In this document: in pieces, positions 28,655 through 38,979 of the stretch | How positions within the stretch are numbered: position 1 is the first letter of the stretch | How the letters are laid out: each line of letters opens with the position of its first letter | IMG/VR virus record: IMGVR_UViG_3300044729_002129 | Location: 32,001-96,000 of that record | Direction: 5' to 3' (one strand) | Source of the DNA: a virus | DNA length: 64,000 bases | The notes under the pieces: model-generated | Seen by the model: the letters and a program-made list of their open reading frames with translations, nothing else | The model's database searches: none | What the model was told of the DNA's origin: nothing | Position numbers and translations under genes: made by a program

Positions 28655-29626
28655 ATGCCAGTAAAAGGAAAACATCTATTACACTTAGTGCCACATGGTA
28701 TCAATAGTGACGAATTCAAAGCACTTGACAACAAACATCAATCTGTTGTTAAGTTGAAGAAAGAATATTTCAAAGATAAGGAATATAACTTTGTAGTTGG
28801 ATTCAACAGCAGAAATGCTCACCGCAAACATCCTGCGAATCTAATTTTAGCATTTAAAGCATTTTGTTCTACATTGACCAAAGAAGAAGCTGATAAATGT
28901 GCATTGTTACTTCATACAGATGAAATTTGTGAAGCTGGTACTGACCTACCAGCTACTACAAAAGCTATTGCTCCAGAATGCAATGTTATTTTTGATGATA
29001 GTCGAAAAACTCCCGAAGAAATGGTTGCGTTCTATAACATCTGTGACGTTGTAGCAAACGTAAGTTCCAACGAAGGGTTTGGTCTAAGTATCGCAGAATC
29101 ATTAATGTGTGAAACTCCAGTAATTGCAACAGTCACAGGTGGTCTACAAGATCAATTGGGTATTACAGATGATAGTGGTAATCCAGTTGAATTCAATCGT
29201 GACTTTGGTACAAATTGTACTGGACGATACAAGAACCATGGCAAGTGGGCTAAGCCAGTTTGGACCAAGGTACACAATATGCAAGGTAGTCCTCCTACAC
29301 CATACATTTTGGATGACATGACCAATTATAGTGATATTGCAGATGCTATTATGTATTGGTATTTGGCTGGCTCTCAAAAGCGTGAGGAGTGTGGTAAAGA
29401 AGGTCGTCGTTGGGCAATGAATGAAGGTGGTATTAATTCAAAGAACATGTGCGATCAGTTTATCAAAGCCATGGACTTTACATTGAATAACTTTAATCCT
29501 GTTAATAAGTTTGACTTGTTTACATTCGACGGATACAATACTAAGTCATTACCAGACAATGCTTTGGGATTTGATTTACACAAAATTGACGTTGATAAAA
29601 TCAAAAAAGAGGTATCTAGTCTATGA
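28655..29626 (+). CDS. GT4-like glycosyltransferase, C-terminal half
   Basis: VPHGIN, NSRNAHRK, YNICDV...SSNEGFGLSIAESL...PVIATVTGGL; same frame as preceding ORF. Confidence 0.85.
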   Translation: MPVKGKHLLHLVPHGINSDEFKALDNKHQSVVKLKKEYFKDKEYNFVVGFNSRNAHRKHPANLILAFKAFCSTLTKEEADKCALLLHTDEICEAGTDLPATTKAIAPECNVIFDDSRKTPEEMVAFYNICDVVANVSSNEGFGLSIAESLMCETPVIATVTGGLQDQLGITDDSGNPVEFNRDFGTNCTGRYKNHGKWAKPVWTKVHNMQGSPPTPYILDDMTNYSDIADAIMYWYLAGSQKREECGKEGRRWAMNEGGINSKNMCDQFIKAMDFTLNNFNPVNKFDLFTFDGYNTKSLPDNALGFDLHKIDVDKIKKEVSSL

Positions 29627-30303
29627 AAATTCAAGTACTTAAAAACGAAGTCTATCAAGACGTAGAAGATCTACCCAAGAAAGGTACAGATCGTGCTACT
29701 GGTTATGATATAGTTACTACAAGTGAACCCGAGATTGTTGGTGAAACAACAGATAATATCACATATACCAGAGTAGATTATATTCAATATAAAACTAACC
29801 TTAAACTAGCTGTACTGAAAGAACGTGAGTTTAGTAATTTTGGTTATAAAGATATTGATCATGATGTATTAGCATTTCCACGTAGTAGTGTTAGCAAGTA
29901 CAATTTAGTATTGGCTAATTGTATTGGATTGATTGACGCAGATTATCGTGGAGAAGTATTGCTACGTTTCAAGTATATATGGCAACCAGAAGATTATAGA
30001 ATTACAAAGGATAATCTTTTAGAAGGTATCGTTAATAGCAACAAAATCTACAAAAAAGGTGATAAAGTTTGCCAACTCAAAGCAACCAGAGTAGAAAATA
30101 TACAGTTTGTTTTGGTAAATGAATTGGATACTACCAACCGAGGTGAAGGTGGTTTTGGAAGCACAGATACCAAAAAAGCTCCAAGTGCGGAAGATGCTAG
30201 TAAACATATGACTACAATGGAAGCATTATACAATAAGGTTGGTGGCGTACCTACTCCATCTAAAAAATATACAGAGTTAATGAAAGAAAGGAACTTACAA
30301 TAA
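29623..30303 (+). CDS. dut: dUTP diphosphatase (trimeric dUTPase)
   Basis: ATGYDI, FPRSS, GLIDADYRGE, GDKVCQ, RGEGGFGST. Confidence 0.93.
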   Translation: MKIQVLKNEVYQDVEDLPKKGTDRATGYDIVTTSEPEIVGETTDNITYTRVDYIQYKTNLKLAVLKEREFSNFGYKDIDHDVLAFPRSSVSKYNLVLANCIGLIDADYRGEVLLRFKYIWQPEDYRITKDNLLEGIVNSNKIYKKGDKVCQLKATRVENIQFVLVNELDTTNRGEGGFGSTDTKKAPSAEDASKHMTTMEALYNKVGGVPTPSKKYTELMKERNLQ

Positions 30304-30304
30304 T

Positions 30305-31648
30305 ATGAGCAAGCCAGTATGTGTAATTCAGGGACCAGTCTTTAATCGTAGTGGTTATGGAGATTGGGCTACTACAATTGCCAAGAGTCTAATTCGTCAA
30401 GATAAATATGACGTAAAGATTCTTCCAACACGTTGGGGTAATTGTCAAACCAAGAGATTTGTAGAAGAACTAAATGATCCAAATGATCAATTACTATTCT
30501 CTAAGTTCCTACAAAAGGGATTGGATAAACAGCCAGAGTTATTTATTCAAGTTACCATTCCAAATGAGTTTCAAAAGGTTGGTAAGTATAATATTGGTAT
30601 GACCGCAGGTATTGAAACAACCGCCTGTGCTGGTGAATGGATTGAAGGTGTAAATCGTATGGATCTAACCATCGGTTTGTCAAATCATGTGAAGAAGACC
30701 TTCCAAGATACAAAATACAAAAAGAAGCTTGAAAATGGTAGAGAAGAACCTATCGAAGTAAACAAACCTATTGAAGTATGTTTCTGGGGAGCCAATACGG
30801 ATATCTACAAGAAAACAGACATCATCGAACCAAACGTTGATAGTGCGTTGTCTAAGATTTCAGAAAAACATGCATTTTTGTTTGTTGGTCAATGGACACA
30901 CCAAGGTTTATATAATGATCGTAAGGATATTGGAAACCTTATCAAAACATTCTGCAACGCTTTCAAAAACTTTGAACCAAACAATAGACCTTGTTTGATT
31001 CTAAAGACAAATGGTGCTGGTTACTCAACCGTTGATCGATTTGATACACTAGAAAGAATCAATAAGATTCGTAATAGTGTAAGTCCAAATGCTCCAAGTG
31101 TTTATCTACTACATGGTGAATTGAATGACGTTGAAATGAATAGTCTATTCAATCACCCAAAAGTAATTAGTCACGTATCATTTACCCATGGTGAAGGTTT
31201 TGGTCATCCCATGTTGTTGTCAACATTGAGTGGTAAACCATTGTTGGCTCCAAACTGGAGTGGTCATTTGGATTATTTGAATCCAGCAAATGCAAATCTA
31301 TTACCTGGTACTTTGGTTGATGTTGATAAAAAATCAGTCAACGAATGGATTATTAAGGAAAGCAAGTGGTTTAGAGTATCTTATTCACTAGCTGAAGATA
31401 AGTTGAAGTATATCTATCAGAATAGAAATAATGATAAAGTTATTCAAAAGGCTGAATATCTACGTGTTGAAAATGCTGAAAAGTTTAGTTTACAGGCGAT
31501 GGATACAAAGTTGTGGTCTATTATGGACAAATATGTTCCAGAATTTGCCACTGAGAATAAGTTTGTTCTACCCAAATTAAAATCAGTAGGTAGTTCAGTT
31601 GCAAGTGCTACTGATAAATTAGTATTACCAAAACTAAAGATGCAATAA
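30305..31648 (+). CDS. Glycosyltransferase family 4-like
   Basis: RSGYG, TAGIET, FLFVGQW...DRKDIG, SFTHGEGFGHPMLL, WSGHLDYL. Confidence 0.85.
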   Translation: MSKPVCVIQGPVFNRSGYGDWATTIAKSLIRQDKYDVKILPTRWGNCQTKRFVEELNDPNDQLLFSKFLQKGLDKQPELFIQVTIPNEFQKVGKYNIGMTAGIETTACAGEWIEGVNRMDLTIGLSNHVKKTFQDTKYKKKLENGREEPIEVNKPIEVCFWGANTDIYKKTDIIEPNVDSALSKISEKHAFLFVGQWTHQGLYNDRKDIGNLIKTFCNAFKNFEPNNRPCLILKTNGAGYSTVDRFDTLERINKIRNSVSPNAPSVYLLHGELNDVEMNSLFNHPKVISHVSFTHGEGFGHPMLLSTLSGKPLLAPNWSGHLDYLNPANANLLPGTLVDVDKKSVNEWIIKESKWFRVSYSLAEDKLKYIYQNRNNDKVIQKAEYLRVENAEKFSLQAMDTKLWSIMDKYVPEFATENKFVLPKLKSVGSSVASATDKLVLPKLKMQ

Positions 31649-31649
31649 T

Positions 31650-32297
31650 ATGTTTTTGTCATATCTAGTCACCTGTCATAATGAAACTTCTAGCTTGGAT
31701 AAATTATTATCTAAGTTGGTACAAAACAGAAAGGATAACCATGAGATTGTTCTTCTTGATGATTATTCAGATAATCCAGAAACTCTGGACATTATACAAA
31801 AATATAAAGAACAAACGTCGTTCCATCAACACAGACTAGATCGCAATTACGGAGCACACAAAAACTATGGTATTGAACAATGCAAAGGTAATTGGATATT
31901 CCAACTTGATGGAGACGAATATCCAACAGACCTCCTTTTGGAAAATATAGATGCGGTATTGGAATCCAATAACAACAACGAAGTACTTTGGTTACCAAGA
32001 CTAAATTACTTTGCTGGAGTTACTGAGTTGGATGTAAAGACTTGGGGATGGAATTACCATGATGGTATGATTAATTTCCCAGATTACCAATCCCGCATCT
32101 ATAGAAATCTTTCACATATTCGATATCAACGTCGTTTACATGAAAAGGTTGAAGGATTTAAAACTTATACATTTGTTCCTCCTCAAAAAGATTATGCAAT
32201 CGTACATGAGAAAACTATTGAAAAGCAACGTCAAACCAACTTAAACTATAACAAAATGTTTACAGACGATGAAAACCGAGGTTATAACGTAAAATAA
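31650..32297 (+). CDS. Glycosyltransferase family 2
   Basis: SYLVTCHNE, EIVLLDDYS, HKNYG, WIFQLDGDE, PDYQSRIY, LHE. Confidence 0.9.
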   Translation: MFLSYLVTCHNETSSLDKLLSKLVQNRKDNHEIVLLDDYSDNPETLDIIQKYKEQTSFHQHRLDRNYGAHKNYGIEQCKGNWIFQLDGDEYPTDLLLENIDAVLESNNNNEVLWLPRLNYFAGVTELDVKTWGWNYHDGMINFPDYQSRIYRNLSHIRYQRRLHEKVEGFKTYTFVPPQKDYAIVHEKTIEKQRQTNLNYNKMFTDDENRGYNVK

Positions 32298-32298
32298 T

Positions 32299-32970
32299 AT
32301 GACAAACAAAGAGTTAAGAGCCAAATACGGAGACTTTACAAAGCACGATTACTACACGTATCCAGATCATTTCTTTAGCCCAAAGGATGATTTTACCTTA
32401 AACATTCCTGTTTGGAGTAGTTACTTCACCAGATTTCTTGATCAAGAGAATTTGACATTCTTAGAGATTGGTACTGGTCATGGTAGATCTTCCGTGTGGA
32501 TGTTGGAAAATGTTTTAACTCACCCAAGTTCCAAGATCATTACGGTAGATATCCAAGATGAACGTAGTTATAAGAAGGGTGATCTATCATTTGACTTTGG
32601 TGATTCTCTTTCATTAACATTGACACAAAATCTGCAACCATACATTGATAAAAACAAATGTGAGTTTTATGTCACTGACTCCAAAGAGTTTTTCCGTAAG
32701 CTGTATGGTGGCATTTTGGGATCTAAGTTTGTTGGCAACGACCCTAAGAACGCATTTGACTTCATCTATCTTGATGGATGTCACGAACCAGACTATGTTA
32801 TGTATGAAGCCGCAATTAGTTTTGAATTGTTAAAGAAAGGTGGATTTATCTTATTTGATGATTATGGTTGGGGTAAATGTAGATATGGTATTGAAGCATT
32901 CTTAGAGTGTTACAAAGGAAAATACAATTTATTGATCAAAGAATGGCAAGTATTGATTGAAAAGGTATGA
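32299..32970 (+). CDS. Class I SAM methyltransferase (Methyltransf_24-like)
   Basis: FLEIGTGHGRS, TVDI, FDFIYLDGCH, GGFILFDDY. Confidence 0.88.
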   Translation: MTNKELRAKYGDFTKHDYYTYPDHFFSPKDDFTLNIPVWSSYFTRFLDQENLTFLEIGTGHGRSSVWMLENVLTHPSSKIITVDIQDERSYKKGDLSFDFGDSLSLTLTQNLQPYIDKNKCEFYVTDSKEFFRKLYGGILGSKFVGNDPKNAFDFIYLDGCHEPDYVMYEAAISFELLKKGGFILFDDYGWGKCRYGIEAFLECYKGKYNLLIKEWQVLIEKV

Positions 32971-33539
32971 AAACATTGACCGAAATATTAAATAAGATCC
33001 CAGATAAGTTTGAGTGTAGAAATACTACATCACGAAAGTTTAAGTCTGATCTATACGAATTCTTTAATCAACCAGAATTTAAAAATCGTATTTGCGTAGA
33101 ATTGGGAGTATATGGCGGTCATTCTTCATATCTATTGAGTCATTTATTTAAACAAGTAGTGGGATTTGAAATTAGTGAAGGTCGTATCAATAGTGCAAAA
33201 AAGTTTATAGATGGAATTGATAATATAAAATTTGTATGTCATGACTTATATAGTGGACCTCTACCATTAGAACATGGCGATGTATTTTTTATAGATGCAT
33301 TGCACGAACATGATGCAGTGATTAAAGATACACTTAATTGTTTAAATAATGTACAATCAGATTATAAGAAATATATTATTTACGATGACTATGGCATTTG
33401 TGCCCCAGTTAAAAGTGCAGTAAATAGTTTGATTAGTACTGGTAAGATAAAAGTTGTTAAATATATTGGTTATGAACCCAACAAACAATTTACATCACCA
33501 CTATCAGACTATGAGGGTGTAATTTGTATTCAAACGTGA
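32967..33539 (+). CDS. Class I SAM methyltransferase
   Basis: VELGVYGGHS, GFEI, FFIDALH, IIYDDYG; paralog of 36679-37245. Confidence 0.85.
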   Translation: MKTLTEILNKIPDKFECRNTTSRKFKSDLYEFFNQPEFKNRICVELGVYGGHSSYLLSHLFKQVVGFEISEGRINSAKKFIDGIDNIKFVCHDLYSGPLPLEHGDVFFIDALHEHDAVIKDTLNCLNNVQSDYKKYIIYDDYGICAPVKSAVNSLISTGKIKVVKYIGYEPNKQFTSPLSDYEGVICIQT

Positions 33540-34534
33540 AAATTCAAATATTAGAACTAGAAAAACATCGTAACGAAACAACATTTAGACCCTATCTAAG
33601 TGCAATACAAACTTTTCGTGAGTATGGTATTGAGTTTGTCAATGAAAACCCTGATCTGTATTGGGTAGCACAAGCATCTGTTGTAGACAAAAAATCATCT
33701 CTTCAAGAATCAGTTGACAAAGGGTGTTCATTTCTAGAAAAATTAGATGCGCCCTATGTTTTATTTGATGGTCAAGATTCATCATCATTGATGGGTGTTT
33801 GGGATGTATTCAGTAAAATACCAGGCTTTAAACTAGCAAAGAATGTAGTATTAAAGGATTATTCTACCTATACCAAAAAGTTTCCAAATGGTAGATGGTT
33901 CTGGGGTGAAAGTGAAGATGGATACAATATACCAACTACAGATCTACCACTATTAAATGAAAGATTGGTTCATAGTGGTACCAACTGGTTAAATACCTTT
34001 GGTAATAAATTGGAGTTTGCCAAGATCAATAAAAACAAAAAGTATGATGTTGCAGTATTGATTGGATTGTGTAAAGAAAACTATGAACATGGTAATAGAG
34101 TTGATGAATATTACAATGGTCCTCGTAGAAAACTATTTGAAGAAGTAAAGAAACTTAATTGTAATGTTATTACCACTGAAGTTACTGGCAAACTTGACAA
34201 ACAAAAATATATGCAAGCTCTATATGATAGTAAGTTGTGTATATCTCCGTTTGGATATGGTGAAGTAAATATCAGAGAAGTTGAATGTATTGTTACTGGA
34301 ACTCCTACTATCAAACCAAATATTGAGTGCGTAAAGAGTACTCCTTTTATTTATGGAGATGAATTTACCTTGAATTGTAAAAATGATTTTTCTGATCTAA
34401 AAGATGTGGTAGACTTTGCACTATCAAATTATGATAGTTGTATAAACTTATTGAATAATCAAAGAAATGTGTTTTATCACAAATCCACAGACAATTATAT
34501 TGTAAACCACGTAATTAAGAATATTCTAACCTAA
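33536..34534 (+). CDS. Putative glycosyltransferase (exostosin/GT47- or CgeB-like C-terminus); probable GTG start
   Basis: YMQALYDSKLCISPFGYGEVNIREVECIVTG; GTGA overlap with upstream stop gives MKIQILE, matching paralog MKIKILE at 35546. Confidence 0.7.
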   Translation: MKIQILELEKHRNETTFRPYLSAIQTFREYGIEFVNENPDLYWVAQASVVDKKSSLQESVDKGCSFLEKLDAPYVLFDGQDSSSLMGVWDVFSKIPGFKLAKNVVLKDYSTYTKKFPNGRWFWGESEDGYNIPTTDLPLLNERLVHSGTNWLNTFGNKLEFAKINKNKKYDVAVLIGLCKENYEHGNRVDEYYNGPRRKLFEEVKKLNCNVITTEVTGKLDKQKYMQALYDSKLCISPFGYGEVNIREVECIVTGTPTIKPNIECVKSTPFIYGDEFTLNCKNDFSDLKDVVDFALSNYDSCINLLNNQRNVFYHKSTDNYIVNHVIKNILT

Positions 34535-35556
34535 TGAAATTATCAAAAAAGTATGTTATTGGTACTCATGTCATGTTCTATGAAATAGAGATGTATAAAG
34601 AATTTATTGATGGCCTTATTAATTTGATTGAACCAGTCGAAAATAAAGAAAACATATATCTTCAATTTTGTTTCAACACATCACAATATTTTGAAAAAAT
34701 AGATACGTCTAAAGTCGATTTGCATCAGTTGTATGATAAGTTCTATAATGGTATACAAAAACTCAAAGATATCGACGTACCAGAACGAAATATCATAATC
34801 GTTTTAAAGACAGATAATGATCCAATTTACAATGTAGCTGATTATAGACGAGATTTAAATTACAATTATTGTACCCGAGTTGATTATATCATGTGGGGTG
34901 AAACCGATAGCTTCTTTCCAAAAGAAGCATTTGTGGCAATAGAAAGTATTGCACAATATGGTTCCAACGCAAATATACACAAGTATTTAATTAGCTTTGC
35001 GGATCGTAAAATGTGGGATGATTCATGGCGTGTTACAGAACATGTTGATTATGAAAATGTTAAATTCATTGATACACCCGATCAGGTAAATAACAAGAAC
35101 TATGCCAAGTCTCAATTAAGTATTGAGGAAATGAACGCAGTTAATTCAAAAACAATCAATTTTGACATTGTTACTTTATCACAACCCAAGATAGATGGTA
35201 GTTGTTTGGTACTTTCATCTGACTTAATCAAATCCGGCGTAAACCTACCACATAGTCTATTACTATACGGAGATGATTCTAGCATCGGTGTTATTGCCAA
35301 ACAAATCATGGGAGACAAATTTATTCAGTTTGTTGTAAAAAATCTATTAAAGGTTCATGCCAGAAGACATCCAAACAAAAGACTATACATATTAAATGAA
35401 GATAACCCAAGAGGATTCTGTGGTGATAAAAAGGGATTGTGGTCAAACATATTGGACCAACACTCAAAATTCAATCTTCATAATATAATTAACTCCCAAA
35501 ATAAATTCTTTACCTTTAAAGACGTTTTTGATAAAATAAACAAAAATGAAAATTAA
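34534..35556 (+). CDS. Putative GT-A glycosyltransferase
   Basis: DYIMWGETDSFFP (DxD-like), DGSCLVLS, YGDD, KVH; operon context. Confidence 0.55.
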   Translation: MKLSKKYVIGTHVMFYEIEMYKEFIDGLINLIEPVENKENIYLQFCFNTSQYFEKIDTSKVDLHQLYDKFYNGIQKLKDIDVPERNIIIVLKTDNDPIYNVADYRRDLNYNYCTRVDYIMWGETDSFFPKEAFVAIESIAQYGSNANIHKYLISFADRKMWDDSWRVTEHVDYENVKFIDTPDQVNNKNYAKSQLSIEEMNAVNSKTINFDIVTLSQPKIDGSCLVLSSDLIKSGVNLPHSLLLYGDDSSIGVIAKQIMGDKFIQFVVKNLLKVHARRHPNKRLYILNEDNPRGFCGDKKGLWSNILDQHSKFNLHNIINSQNKFFTFKDVFDKINKNEN

Positions 35557-36682
35557 AATTTTAGAAACTCAAGATATAGAATTTGCACCAAATAAAAGGT
35601 GTCAAAATAATGTCTCTAGAATAACATCAAGAAATAAAAGAGCATTTTATCCATATATAGGGTTAAAGAACGAGTTCAAAGAACATGGAATCGACTTTGT
35701 AGATGATAAAAGACAAGCGGATTGTTACTTTGTAGGTTGGGGATCTGTGTGCAATATGGGATTAGAATATGAACAATCAGTAGCTAGTGGTGTTGAATTT
35801 CTAAAATCTCTGGATAAGCCATTCTATTTCTTTGATACTAATGATTCTGTCATGTTGCATGGTATTTTTGATGTATTCAAACAATGTCCAGGTTTAAAAT
35901 ATTTTAAGTCACATTATTATAGAGATTTGAGTTTATATACAAAACCGACATCATTTGGAAGATATTGGTGGCCTCTAGTACCTGAATTAGAATATAAGTT
36001 GTCCAATGATGATTTAGAATTGCTAAAATCAAAGATAGAGTTATCAAATACAAATTGGATTTACCATAGAAAACCTTATAATCCCATAAACGTTGATATT
36101 ATAAATTATAAGTATGATGCAATTTGCTTGGTTGGTATTCTAAATATAGATTCAACCATGGATCGGCCAAGTATGTTTAATTATAAAAAAGAAATAGGTA
36201 AATATTATAACGATCACAGATTGAATATCTTCAAAAAGTTAAAAAATTTAGAAAAATATAATTTTAAAATATTAACATCCGAACAATCTGGAAAATTAGA
36301 TGAGGACTCTTACGAAAGAATTTGTTTAGAATCAAAAATTATGATTTCGCCACATGGATTTGGTGAAATAAATTCTAGAGAACTGGATGCGATAAATTAT
36401 GGAAATGTAATTTGCAAAGGTGATATTAGACACATAATTACAAAACCAGATTTATTTCATGATGATTCGTGTATTTTTTATAAAGATGATTTGTCGGATT
36501 TTGAAGAAAAGTTGGTAGATGGAATACAAAATTTCAACAACCATAAAATAAAAATTAAAAATATAAGAAATCGAATGGATTATGCATTAAATATGTTTAT
36601 TACAGACACATTCCGTTCAATTTCAGACAAAAGATTTTTTACATCAAAAGATATCTTTTATAATATTAAGAAAAAAACATGA
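35546..36682 (+). CDS. Putative glycosyltransferase (exostosin/GT47- or CgeB-like), paralog of 33536 ORF
   Basis: SKIMISPHGFGEINSRELDAINYG; shared GI.FV, SV..G..FL..LD.P, FD..DS and TNW motifs. Confidence 0.7.
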   Translation: MKIKILETQDIEFAPNKRCQNNVSRITSRNKRAFYPYIGLKNEFKEHGIDFVDDKRQADCYFVGWGSVCNMGLEYEQSVASGVEFLKSLDKPFYFFDTNDSVMLHGIFDVFKQCPGLKYFKSHYYRDLSLYTKPTSFGRYWWPLVPELEYKLSNDDLELLKSKIELSNTNWIYHRKPYNPINVDIINYKYDAICLVGILNIDSTMDRPSMFNYKKEIGKYYNDHRLNIFKKLKNLEKYNFKILTSEQSGKLDEDSYERICLESKIMISPHGFGEINSRELDAINYGNVICKGDIRHIITKPDLFHDDSCIFYKDDLSDFEEKLVDGIQNFNNHKIKIKNIRNRMDYALNMFITDTFRSISDKRFFTSKDIFYNIKKKT

Positions 36683-37245
36683 CTATAGACGAAATACTAA
36701 ATTTAGTGCCAGATAAGTTTGAGCATAAAACTACTACTTCCAAGAAGTTTAAGCGTGACGTTTTTGCATTCTTTGATAAACCCGAATTCAAAAACAAAAC
36801 TGCTTTGGAAATTGGATCAAATCTTGGATATACTACATTTATTCTAAGCTATCTATTCAACCAAGTATATGGCATCAATGAAAAGGAATTTGACAAGGCA
36901 GATGAGTTTTGCAAACGAAATGGCAGAACTAACGTCAAGTTCTTTGGTCAAGATGTATACAAATATGGGCTTCCTGTTGATACTGCCGATGTAATTATGG
37001 TGGATGCTCTCCACACCTATGATGCCGTCCAAATAGACGTATATAACGCCTTAAAGTTAAAATCAGACGGTAAGAAGTACTTCATCTTTGACGATGTAGG
37101 TGCTTATCCAGAAATTATCAACTCACTCAATGATCTTTTTGACAAAAATGTTATTAAACCAATTGTCAAGATTGGTCACAGTGATGAAGAAAAGTTCACC
37201 AGACCACTACATGATTGGGAAGGAGTAATTTGTATCGAAGTATGA
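36679..37245 (+). CDS. Class I SAM methyltransferase
   Basis: ALEIGSNLGYT, MVDALH, IFDDVG; shares PDKFE..TTS.KFK and EGVICI with 32967 ORF. Confidence 0.85.
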   Translation: MTIDEILNLVPDKFEHKTTTSKKFKRDVFAFFDKPEFKNKTALEIGSNLGYTTFILSYLFNQVYGINEKEFDKADEFCKRNGRTNVKFFGQDVYKYGLPVDTADVIMVDALHTYDAVQIDVYNALKLKSDGKKYFIFDDVGAYPEIINSLNDLFDKNVIKPIVKIGHSDEEKFTRPLHDWEGVICIEV

Positions 37246-38192
37246 ACATTTGTTTTATCAGTCAAAATGGTCATAGTGGTAAGTTACCAAGAAACTTTGT
37301 AAATTGTAGAACAGAGTTTGCTTGGCAAATTGCTTTAAATGCCGATCACTACAATTTCCAAGAGTGGTTTTCGTCTACTAATGATAAAAGTTATGACCTA
37401 ATCGTTGTAATTCCACCTAAAAAACTTGAAATAATTGACACAAACTTATTATTAAAAAGTGTCAAGAAATGGGGTAAAAAAGTAACTGTAATGCAAGAAG
37501 GTCCAGCTTGGTACTATCAAGACTATAATTATATTAATCAAGTTAATTATATTAACTTTCTAAGTGAGATGGATTTCTTGTTGGTTCATAACAAAAGCGA
37601 TATTCCATATTTCAAGGGTATATTTAAAAAACCCACATTTAATCTACAATCTTTAATGATTGAAGATACCATTAAAAATATACCTCGTCAAAACAATCAA
37701 ATGCCTATCATTGGTGGTAACTTTTGTAGTTGGTATGGTGGCATTGATAGTTACTTTGTGGCACAAAACTTTAATAAACCCATCTTTATTCCTAGTATGG
37801 GACGTAAGATAGAAAATGAAGATCAATTTCCCAGCTTACATCACTTACCATATATGATGTGGAATGAATGGATACAAGCCCTCGCCAATTTTAATGTTGG
37901 TATACATTTGATGCGTACACACGCGGCTGGTACATTCGCTCTCAATTGTGCTTATTTGGGTATACCATGTATTGGATACAAAGGATTAGATACACAACAA
38001 ATATTACACCCAGAGTTATCTGTGGATATTGGTGATATTGAACAAGCAAAAAAGCTAGCAAATAAACTTAAACAAGATATTTCTTTTTATAATTCGTGTT
38101 CACAACAATCTAGAGAATTATATCAAATATATTATACAGAACAAAAATGGTTAGATAATTGGAAAACAATATATGAGCAAATCAAAAACTAA
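37242..38192 (+). CDS. Putative glycosyltransferase (GT-B-like); start corrected to MNICFIS
   Basis: ATGA overlap; HLMRTHAAGTFALNCAYLGIPCIG is a GT-B C-terminal-type motif. Confidence 0.6.
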   Translation: MNICFISQNGHSGKLPRNFVNCRTEFAWQIALNADHYNFQEWFSSTNDKSYDLIVVIPPKKLEIIDTNLLLKSVKKWGKKVTVMQEGPAWYYQDYNYINQVNYINFLSEMDFLLVHNKSDIPYFKGIFKKPTFNLQSLMIEDTIKNIPRQNNQMPIIGGNFCSWYGGIDSYFVAQNFNKPIFIPSMGRKIENEDQFPSLHHLPYMMWNEWIQALANFNVGIHLMRTHAAGTFALNCAYLGIPCIGYKGLDTQQILHPELSVDIGDIEQAKKLANKLKQDISFYNSCSQQSRELYQIYYTEQKWLDNWKTIYEQIKN

Positions 38193-38979
38193 AATTGGTA
38201 TCGTTGGTTATGGATATGTAGGAAAAGCATTTCATGCATTTTTCAAAGATCATTATGAAGTTGTAATCCGTGATCCACTTTATCCAAACTCTGTATCCAA
38301 GGAAGAAATCAATCAATGTGAATTGGGTGTAATATGTGTACCAACCCCATCAAATACAGATGGCAGTTGTGATACAAGCATTGTTGAAGAATCTGTATCA
38401 TGGATGACCAATCCAATCATTCTTATCAAGTCAACTATTGAAATTGGTACAACTCGTAAGTTAATTGAAAAGTATAACAAGAAGATTGTTTTCAGTCCAG
38501 AGTTTGCTGGGGAATCAAAATATTGGACTCCACAAGGTTTTACAACTGATGTTAAACAAACCCCATTCTTTATTTTTGGTTCAGATGATAAATCAGTTGG
38601 ACATAGATTGGTTGACATTTATATGCCAATCACTGGACCAAGCAAAACATATCGTGTCACAGATAGTATTAGTGCGGAAATCACCAAGTATGTAGAAAAC
38701 ACTTACTTCGCAATGAAGGTTGCGTTTGTAAATGAACTATATGATTTGTGTGAAAAGAGTGGTACACATTGGAGTGAAGTACGTGATCTATGGTTATTGG
38801 ATCCACGAACAAACAAATCTCATACCGCCGTATTTGCTAATGAACGTGGTTTTGGTGGCAAGTGTTTACCAAAAGATACAAAGGCTATGGTTGGATATGG
38901 TGATAAACTTGGTGTGGATCTATCCATCTTGAAGACCGTATTAAAGAGTAACGAACAAATGGTAAAACGAAATGGCTAA
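38173..38979 (+). CDS. UDP-glucose/GDP-mannose dehydrogenase family protein (short form)
   Basis: IGIVGYGYVG, CVPTP, IKST, FSPEF, KYVENTYFAMKVAFVNE, GFGGKCLPKD (catalytic Cys); lacks C-terminal domain. Confidence 0.9.
   Translation: MSKSKTKIGIVGYGYVGKAFHAFFKDHYEVVIRDPLYPNSVSKEEINQCELGVICVPTPSNTDGSCDTSIVEESVSWMTNPIILIKSTIEIGTTRKLIEKYNKKIVFSPEFAGESKYWTPQGFTTDVKQTPFFIFGSDDKSVGHRLVDIYMPITGPSKTYRVTDSISAEITKYVENTYFAMKVAFVNELYDLCEKSGTHWSEVRDLWLLDPRTNKSHTAVFANERGFGGKCLPKDTKAMVGYGDKLGVDLSILKTVLKSNEQMVKRNG

Noticed and set aside
28649-28657. Genome-wide stop-codon reassignment
   Set aside because: Conserved genes are full-length under code 11 and TAA is the dominant true stop; only this single in-frame split was seen.
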